From positions 1 through 64,000 of the forward strand of contig JAAOMT010000474.1 in assembly GCA_016748015.1 (NCBI GenBank): a stretch of DNA of 64,000 nt. The letters run 5' to 3'. Source of the stretch: Geosiphon pyriformis uo1 (Eukaryota > Fungi > Glomeromycota). Below, piece by piece: positions 50,421 to 64,000 of this stretch (its first letter is position 1; the number at the start of each line of letters is the position of its first letter). A program made the translations under genes and the position numbers. The notes beneath the pieces were generated by a model that saw only the letters and a program-made list of their open reading frames with translations, was not told the DNA's origin and did not search any database.

Positions 50421-53069
50421 TTGGCAAAGAATTGAAGAATCAAAAGGTCAGTTCATATAAGTGATAAGTTATAAGCTTTTCAATTGATGAATCTATTAAA
50501 TAACTTAATATGCTAACTTTCTTTTATTGGAATTTTCAAATAGACTTTATCTACCTTCCGTAAAGTAATATTTTTTTTATATTAATCTGATATATTATTT
50601 ATTTTTAAAATTATTATTAAGTTTTAATATAATAAAGTATTTGGACTTTATTTTTCATGTATTTCAAAAACATTAATTAAATTTTAAATTGCTTTATCAT
50701 CATAAATAACTGGGGTCCCACTATTATATAAATGTGACTAGCCGCTCAGATAAATTTTACCTATTCAATTTTTAATTCTTTGAATATATTTTTTAATAAA
50801 AACTTATAAATAAAAGAATTTAAATTATTGCTTGAAGATTAAATTAAAATTATCTAATATGTTAATATAATATTTATACTGAATCATTTTATTCTTAGCT
50901 TTAGAAATGTTGTGTTCATTAGCATTAACATTGTGATTTTAATATTGCTAAATGCCAATGTTATTTTTGATTAATTTAGAATCGAGCATTAACCCTCTAT
51001 GAAATTAAAATTAAACCTCTTTTATAATCTTAGTCATTAATCCTTTTAAAAATAAATTTTTAAATCAAAAAATTTTAAAAATCAAAAGTGCAGAAGGTGC
51101 CAACTCGACAAAAAATTATTCAACAACAATAACAATGACAAAAAACAATGTGAATTTATCCAGAAGCAGTTTATACAAGTCATGTTTTAAGTTTGCAAAT
51201 GATTGATTTTTCAACAGGTTAGTTTATCTATTTTTATATTGATTAATTCATTGCTTTAATTAATAATATACAGGATATTAAAAATCTACATTAATTTATA
51301 AAAAATTTAAGAAATTACATTAATCAGTAATGAAAATTATCTCTTGTTTAATGCTTATTTCTTTTAGTATCTATCATATTTAGATAACTCTTCATATATC
51401 TAATCGTGATTGGACATAATAATTTTAAAACTCTAGAATAAGATATTCTATTGTTTTTGCTCATTGAGTTAATTAAATGTTGTAAATTTAAAATTTATTA
51501 GGGTTTATTAAATAACCTAACACTTTTACATATTAAGATTTTAAATAAAAATCAATATAAGAATCAAGAACAAAATTCATTTTTTTAAACCAATTTTATG
51601 AAGTGGCTGATGAGATAATTAAAAACTTAATCTTTTATAGCTAATTAAGTTTTATTTTGTTTTTTTAATTGAAATTTGAAATTTGGTCTAAATATTTTTA
51701 ACTATGTATTAAAAAAAATATAGATGTTAATGGCCCAGCTAAAGGTGGAATACAAGAAAGACAGATTAATTAAAAATATAAAAAAAGAGAATTAAACTTA
51801 ATATTATGTAGAAATGCAGTTTTATTTTACAATAATCGACTTTTATAAGTTTAAAAAAATCTGTACATTTCGTTTCAGGTATTTTAAGCATAGTGAATTA
51901 TTTTTTTTTGGATACAGCAGTTGGTTTAAGTTTTCAATTCATATGATAGTATAGTCTTGATAAACTTAAGTGGTTTGTTACATATAAAAAGCATGTAAAC
52001 TGCATTCATGTTAGCAAAAAAATGTTTAGCTGATTTAAAAGTATTACAATAATTAGTGAATTTTAAATATTTAATATTTTATTACCAAAAAAATTGTAAA
52101 AACAGTTTTTATTAAATTTCAAGTTAGTTTTACTAAAAAATATAAGAAAATAAATATCACTCTGCTATTAATCTATTTTTATTAATAAAATTAATTAAAA
52201 ATTAATATAAATAGTTTTTGTATTTACAAACCAAGTTTTCAAATTAAATTAAATTGTTATTAAATTTTAATATTTGTATATTGAAATATAATGCAAAAAT
52301 TTTATTAAAAATAAAACATAATAACTGACCTTAATTAAATTAAAAAAGTTGCATGCATAATTATTGGTATATTCTAATGTAATATAGAGATAATATTAAG
52401 TGGTGCCACTTAATCAAAATATTATTATTGTTATTATTAACTAATTAATAATTAGATAATTTAAATATAAAATGAAGTTTAAAATTGTTTCAATTGGTTT
52501 TTATTCTAATATTGTAAAATTAATTTTAAAGCCAACAAAAATTGTTTTTATAAGTTATTTTAGTAATTAAATTTGTTAATTTCATTGAAAATTCACAAAT
52601 TATTGTTTAATATTTAAATTGTTTTATTAAATCAAAATTAATATTTTTTTAAATATATTTTTAATAAAAGAAGATATAATATTTGATATATTTTTTTTGG
52701 TTATTTAGTTTTTTCTATTTATTAACTTTTTATTGTAATTTATAAAAATATGAAATTTATAAATTTTTATAAAGTTTTTATAAAATTGTTAAAAGAATTT
52801 TACAATTTTGTTAATTACAAAAATTATATTATGTTTTAAGACATTAATATGATAATTAAGTTTATTTATTATTAAAATAAGTTTTTAATAATTTATGCAA
52901 ATATTATAATTAATGACTATTTATATGTTTTAAATCAAATTATTATTTTTTAGAATTTAGAATATATTAATGTTTAAGCTTTTATAAAATCTTTAATTTA
53001 TTATAAAATTTTTGTTTTGAAAATAATAAAATAAAGTAATTTTAATATTTCTTAATTAGTATAGCAATA

Positions 53070-54166
53070 ATGAACTCATTCTGCTATTTAAATTTATTAA
53101 TTTATATTAGATTAACCATTTTGATAAGAGAAGACATTCTTATTAATATAAAAGTTTTCAATTAAAGTATTCGAAGTCAGTTTAAAGAGAAATCGAAAGC
53201 TAGCAAAAACAAGACTGTTAAAAAGCTCAAATATATTTATTTTAAGTATAAAAACTATCAAGTTCACCTGCTTACTTATTAATAGAACATATTATTTTAA
53301 AATATCTAAAGTTATAAAAGATGATAAAATGGTATTTACAGGACAATAATAAAATTTGTTTTATGTTTAAATTTTAATTATGTAATACCTATATTGATTT
53401 TCATTTAAAGTTATAATATTTATGGCTAAAAGTTATACAGATTATGCTGATACAATATTTTTTATGCTTTACATGAAGTTACAATTAGTTTATTATTGGT
53501 TACTTTCTAAATGTACTCTCAAATAAACCTTTAAAGAAACTCTTTTTGAATAATAATTTATTCCCATTTTATCCTTCTTTATTCTTTGTTCTTTATTCAC
53601 ATCATGAAATACAAATATATTAATAGATATTGTCTATATGTTCATGATTACAATAAATATAAATAGTGTCAAAGAAGTATTAAAGATAATAAAGATTATA
53701 TTTTATGTATGACATGCTGGATCATATTTTTTGAAAAACATTATAAATACTTCTCAAGCAACAATAACAAAGTTGATGAAATAATTAAAAATCCAATCTA
53801 TAATAATAGAAAAAGTATCTCAGATTGAAGTTTACACATATGATGAACCTCAATTCGGAAACTATCAACTCACTCATTAGCTAAATTCTTTTAAGAATCT
53901 AAAAATATATAGAATGACATATTATAATCATTTTATGCCCAGATCCCAAAACCCCAAGCAGGATAAAGTTGGAAAGCCAAGTAAGTTGTTATGTTTTTAA
54001 TCTGAAAAATTCTTTAAAAGTTATTAACTATTTTTTATATATTTAGAAATGCAATGATAGAACTGAGGCTGCATTGAATGAAGAAGCTTTTACATCACAT
54101 CTTGGTTCTTATTTAGAACAAATGATATCACAATGTCCTTCTATGATAACAATCAATCATTCTTAA
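53070..54166 (+). pseudogene. Second class-3 lipase-like pseudogene
   Basis: IEVYTYDEPQFGNYQL..LN...IYRMT..N..MPR; final exon CN...SHLGSYLEQMISQC; stops present. Confidence 0.65.
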
Positions 54167-55075
54167 ATGGTTATTTTTTTTATTATTAAAAATAAGGATA
54201 CTAAAATTAATTTTTTTTAGAAAATATTTATTTAGATATATTGTTTATTGCTTTTTTTAATAAATTTTTTTATAAATATTCTAATTATTTAACTAAATTT
54301 AAGGCTTCGCTATTTTTAAATGAAAAGGTTCAAAAAATTGAAGTAATTAAAATTTTATTTTGGCCTTGCTTTCATTGAAAAAGTATTTTAGCATGAATTT
54401 AATTTGAAATAAAATTTCCAAATCCCAATAAAATTTGTTTTTCAATTTAAAAGTCTGGTTGTAATTTAAAATAAACATTCATTTAAAACTTATGAACATA
54501 AAAATAATTCCGAATTAATACTAATCATAAAATATTTTATTCATGCTGATTAAATTAATATATTTCGATAGCAAAGGCAGAGGATTTAAGCTAATATTAA
54601 CAATTTTTAAAGTTATTGCTGAACTATTATCATTTAAAAATACTTATATTAATTACAATAGTTTATTATATATTAGTTTTTTTAAATATTTTATATCAAT
54701 CATTTCAAATTTCTGAATTAGATTTCAATGAACTTAAACAATAAACAGTAAATAACAAGAGTTTATTAGAATTGGCAATGGATGAACAATTTTGCCATTG
54801 TAAAAACTCTTCCCTAATAACTTTGTTATATACTGATAAAGTTTTATTCCTATATAGACTAGATGAATATAGAAAAGATAATTGACAAATGTGGCTACCT
54901 CCTTCTGCTCTTCACTCTTGTAAGAAATTTTAAACTACTCCCCTCCCACTCTTTATTCTTGCCAGGCATAAATAACAGACTAACAATTATCAATTCCTTA
55001 CCACCTAACCCTAAAATTTAATTCAGTTATTTGAGGATCGATTGTTCATGAGTTTCTATTCTGTATTCATTGATT

Positions 55076-55374
55076 ATTCGAATGTTGAATTGCAAATTGC
55101 CGGTGAGTGTGGTTATTTGAATGTTAAGTTGCGAGTTACTGTTGGGTGATGGTTATAATTGAATGTTGAATTCACGCATTTTTGGTGGTTGGTGGTTATT
55201 TAAATGTTGAGTTGTGAATTATTGGTGGGTGGTAGTTATATTCGAATGTTGAAACACAAATTATTGGTGGGTGATGGTTATTCAAATGTAGAAGCATGAA
55301 TTATTGGTGGGTGGTAGTTATATTCGAATATTGAAGCACAAATTATTGGTGGGTGATGGTTATTTAATTGTTGG
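55076..55374. repeat. ~40-bp minisatellite, about 7 units
   Basis: ATTCGAATGTTGAA...AATTATTGGTGGGTG(A/G)TGGTT repeated. Confidence 0.85.
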
Positions 55375-55488
55375 TGTCAAACTAGAGTCAATCTCAATAG
55401 GGTCTTCATTTTCCGCCAATTTCGCCAAGCCTATTCCATTCACTAAATAGTAGATAGAAACAGTTTAACCCATGATGCACATCAATAA
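55375..55488 (-). pseudogene. Decayed 28S (LSU) rRNA fragment
   Basis: Reverse complement matches TTAGTGACGCGCATGAATGGATTAA..ACTGTCCCTATCTACTATCTAGCGAA..GGCTTGGC..GAAGACCCTGTTGAGCTTGACTCTAGTTTGACA, with two ~10-nt deletions. Confidence 0.85.
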
Positions 55489-55726
55489 CCATAAGTGGAA
55501 ACAAACATTTAGCTAGAATGCGGCAAGCACAGAGGTTAAATAACAATTCATGTCATTGACCATAAGTGGAAGCAGATATTCAGCAGAATGAGTACATGTA
55601 CAGAGATATAACAATTCATGTTATTGACCATAAGTGGAAGCAGACATTTGGCAGAATAGGTACATGCACAGAGATATAACAATTCATGTTATAGACCATA
55701 AGTGAAAACAAACATTTGGCAGAATG
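55488..55726. repeat. 68-bp tandem repeat, about 3.5 units
   Basis: ACCATAAGTG at 55488, 55559, 55627 and 55695. Confidence 0.9.
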
Positions 55727-55739
55727 AATGAATTTCAAG

Positions 55740-58700
55740 AGGCACAGAACTATCATGTGTGACCAAACTCTTTTTTTCCATAATTACTCTGTACTTAACC
55801 CTAAACATTCACACCTCAGTCCAGTGAGCCATCTTTAAACTTTTTATTAAATTAATTATTTCACAATTGGCAACTTTAACATTATCAAAAGAGAATACAG
55901 CCTTCAAACACTATTTCTTAAACACAATATTTTTACACAAAATAGTATACAAGACACTATCAGAAGCACACAAATAGAACATCTGCAAAATGTAAGATAA
56001 TAACAAGCTCAAATTTAACATGGCATTTCATTAAACCATACATAATTTAAGCAAGTTTTTATGAGCATTTGAATTTAATAAATACACAAAGGAGTGGTTA
56101 GAAGTTTTTATCTTTCTACAGTAAAAGCACAGCACACTAAAATATCTTCTATTATACAAATGTTTCTAAACAGTAATTGGCAAATAATGATGTAGTGCTT
56201 TCATAAAATATGAGCACAAACTAGCAGTAAACTTACTCATATAGCCAGCTGTCATATACAAATCAGGGTGCTAAACTAAAGCAGTCCAAATCTAATCAAT
56301 ATTTTTTTTCATATTAGCATTAATAATATCAAACTCTGATCCAATCTCTCAATGCACTTAATAAACAGCATTGAAAATATCTTGAACAAAATAATGAATA
56401 TTACCAGAAATTGTCATATTACTAGTACTAATATATTTCTCATTAACCAGAACAAAGAAAACCAAATTCAAACATGAAGCCAAATTGGCCAACTTGTCAG
56501 TATGCTTATTGTCCACCACATCTGAATGTTCTTTGACCTTATTTTAAAATACATTAAGCCTCTTATTTCTAATTAAGTTTACTATATAACATTTTTCCAA
56601 CCAGCAACTATTGTAAAAGTCTGGCAAGACCAAGTCTAGTTTTACAGCACATGTATTTAGTGTAGCCTAAATGTTAGAATAAACCATAACAATGTTGTAA
56701 ACTAAGACACACTCTAAAGCCAGAGCAATAGTCTATTATTCTGTCATTGTAAAAAACATTAATCCACCAATTTTTACTTCAATACTCACATTTAAATCAG
56801 AGAAAAACACAGTCACACCACATTTTATCTCACATATATCCAAGTCTATTAAAGACTCATCTATATAAACATTAATGACATTCAAATTAGTATTAAAAAG
56901 ATTACACTACACCACAGAAAATCCATCAGAACTGGAAATGTTTAAAAGCTGAAATTTAATACTAAAAAATTGGGCAACAGAATAAAAAAGAACATTGGCC
57001 AAGTAATCACAAGCCAGCCTAAACTAAACATAAACTGCACCCCTAAAATCAAGCTGCTTTTACTAATAAAACCTTTTTTAATTAAAAATTGACCCCTTTT
57101 TATCATACAATTGGGTAACAAAAGCAAGACCAAACTTTTTAAATGACTTAAAAACATCATAAAACATTGAATCCTCTAAAACAAAGAACATAGGAGTGCT
57201 ATTCAAAAACCAAAAAACAGAAAAAAGACTAATGTCAAGGAACATATCATAGTCCAAAAAAATTTTAATAATACCAGCCAAAAAGTTGTTGACTGAACTA
57301 ATCTTTAACCTGACAGGAATTTGCAAAGAATACACAGGAGACCAACTTAAAATCTGCAAATCCAAAGATTTATAATTAAAGAGATAACCAAAAATACTAC
57401 CAGTATTCGAAAAACTCAACACAAAAGCAGTCTTATTCTTAGTCTGCACTTATTCAAAAGATTTCAAATCATATAAAAATAGATAATAAATAGTTTTGTT
57501 AAGAAAGTCTTTAGGCAAACCAGCCTTCATTTTCAAACTCTTCCTGATTATTGTATCCTATTTATAGAATATGCTCTTAAAGACAAAACTGAATTGAATT
57601 CTGTAATTAATAATAAAGTGCAGCACTATTGAGACTAAATAAAAAAACTGCTTATTCAAAATAGCTTTCTTTAAAACCACATTAGTAAAGAACTTAATAT
57701 CTGAGTGTGTCTTTACTAAGCTAGATTTAGATAAACTTTCAGAAAATCAGAAAATACTAAGATATTTATAAAATTTTCTTTTTCATGCAACTGATATCAG
57801 CAGATTACTTATTGACAGTAAGACATCTTTAACTCTCAAATTAATGAAAATAACTACTGTTTTTTTATTATTGATTAAAATATTATTAATCCTAAAAAAA
57901 TTATTTGCAATGTCCAAAATATACTAAGTAGTAGCTTGACTATTTTTCACCCAAATTGTGTTATTAATAAAAGTCTCAACAGCCAAATATAAAGTCAATC
58001 TGCTCTGAGCTTCTATTCTACCAGTTTTGATAACAAATTTAATATCAATGTGGTAATCACACAGGTTTTTGTGTCTTTTAACTTTACACAAAAGAGGATC
58101 ATAAAAGATCCTTCAGAGCAAAAGTGAAAAAACCTTACCTTGGTTCAGATTATTAAGTACATAATATCTATTAGTAAGTCCAAAATCTGTCATGATCTAG
58201 TTTACTCTATTATTGTGAATGCTACTGAAAAATTTTATAAAGCATTCACATATTTTAATCTGAACCAAACTGTTTCTAAGATAATACCAGCCAACCAAAT
58301 CATATGTCTTTTGTATATTCTACAAAACCAATTAGAATTTACTTTCTTTTTCCAAAGCATCTTTAACAATTAAGCTCACTGCAAAAATAGGAAACTAAGT
58401 AGTAGTGTCTTTTAATGCAGAGAAATTGTCACCATATAGCACATTAAATTTACTATATGCTAACAAAATTTTATCAGAAAGCAACTTAGAAAAAATTTTT
58501 TGAACAGTCTCAATTAAAGCAATTGGTTTGATATTAGTCAAAATTTTTTTCCACTTATAAGACTTAGAAATCATTAAAACTCAAGCTTTTTTTAAAGATG
58601 AGACACTAATTTATGCATTAAACAAGAGTTTAAGAGATCCAGAAGTATTACAAAAACAGAACTATCACAATGTTTCCAAAGTTCATTGGTAATACTAAAC

Positions 58701-61700
58701 AGATCAGCAGTTTTTTTATCAGGCAAATACTTGATTACTCACAACAGATTATTAAAAGTTATGATGTTCATAACTCTAAAAAAGGCAGCATTATCAACAT
58801 AAGCCAGTGGTGAATATTGATGGCTTTATTAATTAAAAACTCTACTCATAACCAATTTTTTCCTTGTTTAATCTTCTATTATTTTATTTACCTTAGACTT
58901 AACATTATCAGGATTCAGAACCAACTTATTATTCACTATTAGATGATCTAAAACCACTTTCTAAAAAGAATGCTCTAGTACATTTCTAATTGTATAACTC
59001 TTATTGACTGTAAAACTTTCTATTTTTTTATCAATAGCTGGTCTAATTTTTGACTCTTTAGCTTGCAAAAATTTAGTAAACTTAGGGGCACAATATGATT
59101 TCTTTACATTAAAAAAAACTGAGTGTATACTATTAAAATCTATACCAGAATCCAAAAGAATCTGAACAAATAAAGTTTTATTAATGTCTAAAGAAATCCA
59201 GTAGGTTATTAAAGACTCAAATACATCATTAATATACTTACATAAAGTTTTGAAAATTCTTAAAACCAAAATTTTAAGCTTATAAAACCTAGAAAAAATC
59301 TTGATAAAAATATTGTTAAAGTTTTTGAACTATTTTTTCTTAAAAATTTTATTCTTCAAAAGACACAATATTTTGTGAACAGTATTTCACATAACATTCA
59401 GATCTGAAAATCTCTTGGCCACAATAAACTCATTAGAAAACATTATCATATTAGCTGCCATAGATTTTTTAAACTTGTACTACTTTGCCTCATTAGTATT
59501 TTTAATGTTGAACTTCCAGCAATCCCTATTTACTTGTTTGTGAAGAGAGTTCAACTGCACATTTAACAATCCATTCAAACTCACAGACACAGAAACAACT
59601 TGGTAATCAGTGTCAAAGTGTCTATTAATATCTAAAACATTGTGATATACTATTGTATTAGCCAAATTTAAAGAAATAAATACATAATTAATTGTTTTCT
59701 TAGCATCTTTTAAATTTTTTTAAGTAGAATTTTTTATAACTAAACTTCCTGACAAAGAATTAACCAATTCCAAATTAAAGCATTTCTTAAAACTAGCACA
59801 TCTGTGCAAACTATTTTTATTGAAATTTTTATCTAAGATGACAAAAAAAATTTGTATACAGCTTTCGCAATTAAAGAATTGATCTTACCAAATTGAAACA
59901 AATATACAGCCAAAGTGGTACCAGTATACACTCCCAAAATTAAAATAGATAACTTATTTTTGAAAAGCAGCTTAATAGACAAAAGTCTATTAACAACTTC
60001 TAAAACTTTATACACATGTTTTGTCAAATCAATATTTATAATAACTATAATATCAGAATTCAAATAACCAGATTCTAAATCAGAAGTGAACACACAAACT
60101 TCAGCAAACTTGTCAGTAATCTATGGATAGACTTTTCCTTTTAACTTTGTCTTAATAACAATAGAAATTAAATTGTTTATATCTTTATGTCAATAAATAA
60201 CATCTGCCTACTTGGCAAAAACATTAATACCTTACACATTACACATAGCTATTTTCTAAACAAGACCTGTTATTGAGAAGAAAAAGTATTTATACCCAAA
60301 CCAGCATTGTCTAATTTGGCTATCAGACCCATAATTGTGTTTGATAAACTGTTCAAAGTCACTTTAAGTCTTAAAACAACCAAAAGATCAAAACCCACTA
60401 CTTTTATAATAGTTTTACCACTAGTAGCTACATTTAAACTCTCACTCATTACTGTATTCACTTCATAATTCTGTGATGAAAGGGTCACCAACAGCTGAAA
60501 TTTAGGATTAGACTGGGAAACTATTGGCTTAAGTGTATCCAATCTCTTAGCCAGCTTGTTTACTTTTTCTGTAAGACTGGTAAGACTGTATTCAAAAGTG
60601 ACAAATCTATTATTTATTTTCACAGAAACCAACTGAAAAGATTTAACATCCAAAAATAAACTAACACCAGAAGAAACCAAAAACACTACATAAGAAGTGA
60701 AACCACCAGCAACTTGAGTCCAAGTTTTACTATCAAAAAACACTAAACAGGCAATTGGCACCTGCTTTTTTTTATATATGCTGGCCAAATAAGCCTGATC
60801 TTGAATAGTCACTACATGCTTATCACAAACACCAAAATTTTCACTCACAAAACAAACACCAGAAACATAACCAAATTGTTTATATTGACTATAGCAAGCC
60901 AAAAAAAGACCATTCTAATGCAAATTCACATTCTTAAAAACTGAAACAGAACTAATAGCAATCAATTTAAATGTCTCATTAAAAAAACAAATTACTGCAC
61001 ACCTATTATCTACATATAAACTTAAATTGTGGCCAATAAAGCAGGTTTTTTTATCATAAGATTTCAATAGACCAGTAAAATTATGGACAATAGTACTAAC
61101 AGACAAAGTATATAATAAAGTCTGATGTTAAATTCTTAAATATTCATATTTGTTTATCATCAATTGCTTTTACCACTTAAACAGAATTTTTTTCTATGAG
61201 CACAAACTATTTAGCTATGACCAAATCAGCTATCTCAAATGATTCATATTCTACTAAGGTTTTTTGTCAAAGACCAATCAATTGTATTTTAATTGATACA
61301 ATTTTACTAAATTTAGAAAAAGTTGACTCCACAGCCAACTTTGGAAGATTAATTGAAATCTTCTTGATGATTATTTCCTGATCTGAATGACTATTTATCT
61401 TCTTAATATTATTATTGACCAAAATTTTTTTACAGATTGCCAATTTTTTTATTTTATTCAAACTAAGTTCTAAAGTAAAAAATAATCTGATAATCTCTGG
61501 AAATTTTGAGAGAATAGAAGCTTTTTCAAAACTATTTACATGATAAAAAAATTTTTTTACACACAATAACTTATCACTAAAAGTCTTACCAAACACTACA
61601 GAAAAGTTGATATTCAATACAAAAGATTTAGTCAAATTAAAACTTTATTTATTTTCCAAGCTATATAATTTAAACACCAAAATTTGCCTAAAACTATTGA

Positions 61701-61800
61701 ACTTAAGTAACAGAAACATTAGCATGTTATTGTTATTGCTCAAATTAGTGAATAAAAAAGCTTTTGGTGGCTAATCCAATACATATGTTTAAGTGTATGT
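55740..61800 (-). mobile_element. Decayed non-LTR retrotransposon (ORF1 with CCHC; ORF2 APE-RT-RNase H-CCHC)
   Basis: APE CNV.G.N..K..D..WH..TKL (~60260-60130); RT KPIALIETVQK, QG...S..L..IFYDPLL, FINNT (FVDDT); RNase H VYIDES (~56870); terminal CFYC...H. No poly(A) tail seen. Confidence 0.85.
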
Positions 61801-61881
61801 TATTACTTGAAGAAAGAAAGCTTATCAAAGAAAAAAAGAAAAAACATGACCTAAAAAAAAANNNNNNNNNNNNNNNNNNNN

Positions 61882-64000
61882 TCCAAAAGAATCTGAACAA
61901 ATAAAGTTTTATTAATGTCTAAAGAAATCCAGTAGGTTATTAAAGACTCAAATACATCATTAATATACTTACATAAAGTTTTGAAAATTCTTAAAACCAA
62001 AATTTTAAGCTTATAAAACCTAGAAAAAATCTTGATAAAAATATTGTTAAAGTTTTTGAACTATTTTTTCTTAAAAATTTTATTCTTCAAAAGACACAAT
62101 ATTTTGTGAACAGTATTTCACATAACATTCAGATCTGAAAATCTCTTGGCCACAATAAACTCATTAGAAAACATTATCATATTAGCTGCCATAGATTTTT
62201 TAAACTTGTACTACTTTGCCTCATTAGTATTTTTAATGTTGAACTTCCAGCAATCCCTATTTACTTGTTTGTGAAGAGAGTTCAACTGCACATTTAACAA
62301 TCCATTCAAACTCACAGACACAGAAACAACTTGGTAATCAGTGTCAAAGTGTCTATTAATATCTAAAACATTGTGATATACTATTGTATTAGCCAAATTT
62401 AAAGAAATAAATACATAATTAATTGTTTTCTTAGCATCTTTTAAATTTTTTTAAGTAGAATTTTTTATAACTAAACTTCCTGACAAAGAATTAACCAATT
62501 CCAAATTAAAGCATTTCTTAAAACTAGCACATCTGTGCAAACTATTTTTATTGAAATTTTTATCTAAGATGACAAAAAAAATTTGTATACAGCTTTCGCA
62601 ATTAAAGAATTGATCTTACCAAATTGAAACAAATATACAGCCAAAGTGGTACCAGTATACACTCCCAAAATTAAAATAGATAACTTATTTTTGAAAAGCA
62701 GCTTAATAGACAAAAGTCTATTAACAACTTCTAAAACTTTATACACATGTTTTGTCAAATCAATATTTATAATAACTATAATATCAGAATTCAAATAACC
62801 AGATTCTAAATCAGAAGTGAACACACAAACTTCAGCAAACTTGTCAGTAATCTATGGATAGACTTTTCCTTTTAACTTTGTCTTAATAACAATAGAAATT
62901 AAATTGTTTATATCTTTATGTCAATAAATAACATCTGCCTACTTGGCAAAAACATTAATACCTTACACATTACACATAGCTATTTTCTAAACAAGACCTG
63001 TTATTGAGAAGAAAAAGTATTTATACCCAAACCAGCATTGTCTAATTTGGCTATCAGACCCATAATTGTGTTTGATAAACTGTTCAAAGTCACTTTAAGT
63101 CTTAAAACAACCAAAAGATCAAAACCCACTACTTTTATAATAGTTTTACCACTAGTAGCTACATTTAAACTCTCACTCATTACTGTATTCACTTCATAAT
63201 TCTGTGATGAAAGGGTCACCAACAGCTGAAATTTAGGATTAGACTGGGAAACTATTGGCTTAAGTGTATCCAATCTCTTAGCCAGCTTGTTTACTTTTTC
63301 TGTAAGACTGGTAAGACTGTATTCAAAAGTGACAAATCTATTATTTATTTTCACAGAAACCAACTGAAAAGATTTAACATCCAAAAATAAACTAACACCA
63401 GAAGAAACCAAAAACACTACATAAGAAGTGAAACCACCAGCAACTTGAGTCCAAGTTTTACTATCAAAAAACACTAAACAGGCAATTGGCACCTGCTTTT
63501 TTTTATATATGCTGGCCAAATAAGCCTGATCTTGAATAGTCACTACATGCTTATCACAAACACCAAAATTTTCACTCACAAAACAAACACCAGAAACATA
63601 ACCAAATTGTTTATATTGACTATAGCAAGCCAAAAAAAGACCATTCTAATGCAAATTCACATTCTTAAAAACTGAAACAGAACTAATAGCAATCAATTTA
63701 AATGTCTCATTAAAAAAACAAATTACTGCACACCTATTATCTACATATAAACTTAAATTGTGGCCAATAAAGCAGGTTTTTTTATCATAAGATTTCAATA
63801 GACCAGTAAAATTATGGACAATAGTACTAACAGACAAAGTATATAATAAAGTCTGATGTTAAATTCTTAAATATTCATATTTGTTTATCATCAATTGCTT
63901 TTACCACTTAAACAGAATTTTTTTCTATGAGCACAAACTATTTAGCTATGACCAAATCAGCTATCTCAAATGATTCATATTCTACTAAGGTTTTTTGTCA
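61882..64000 (-). repeat. Duplicate of 59151-61269 after an N-gap
   Basis: Constant offset of 2731 with identical translated ORF fragments. Confidence 0.9.

Noticed and set aside
55375-55488. Functional rRNA gene
   Set aside because: Only ~115 bp, with deletions and transitions.
55076-55726. Minisatellites as a CRISPR array
   Set aside because: No unique spacers (whole units repeat), no cas genes, eukaryotic context.
55005-55810. TAACCCTAA motifs as telomeric repeats
   Set aside because: Only isolated single copies; one lies within LINE coding sequence.

Overview
Very AT-rich eukaryotic DNA with short GT-AG introns. The gene families (Sel1-repeat/TKL kinase, class-3 lipase-like genes, dUTPase-bearing Ty3/Gypsy elements) point to a Glomeromycotina fungus, possibly Geosiphon pyriformis; this is inference, not a database result. 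From left to right: (1) 0.5-16.8 kb holds two nested, decayed minus-strand Ty3/Gypsy elements. A complete copy B (2395-12509, 4-bp TSD ACAA) sits inside the integrase of a 5'-truncated copy A. Their architecture is unusual: gag-PR-Cys-rich-dUTPase-RT-RNaseH, then a stop, a separate integrase ORF, and an extra ~210-aa ORF with its own TATA box before the PPT. (2) A lipase-3-like pseudogene lacking the catalytic Ser is fused to copy A. (3) A Sel1-like-repeat/TKL kinase gene (23.1-27.1 kb) has near-identical 108-bp repeats that vary at a few codons, and a hypermutated kinase-less paralog lies at 31.9-34.0 kb. (4) Decayed IS630/Tc1-like and pogo-like DNA transposons, each next to a divergent decayed ORF. 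(5) A second lipase pseudogene. (6) Two minisatellites flank a 28S rRNA fragment from the R2/R1 target region. (7) A decayed APE-RT-RNaseH LINE. Repeats show pervasive C>T/G>A decay. Assembly artefacts include a Nextera adapter at 28521 and gap-flanking duplications.
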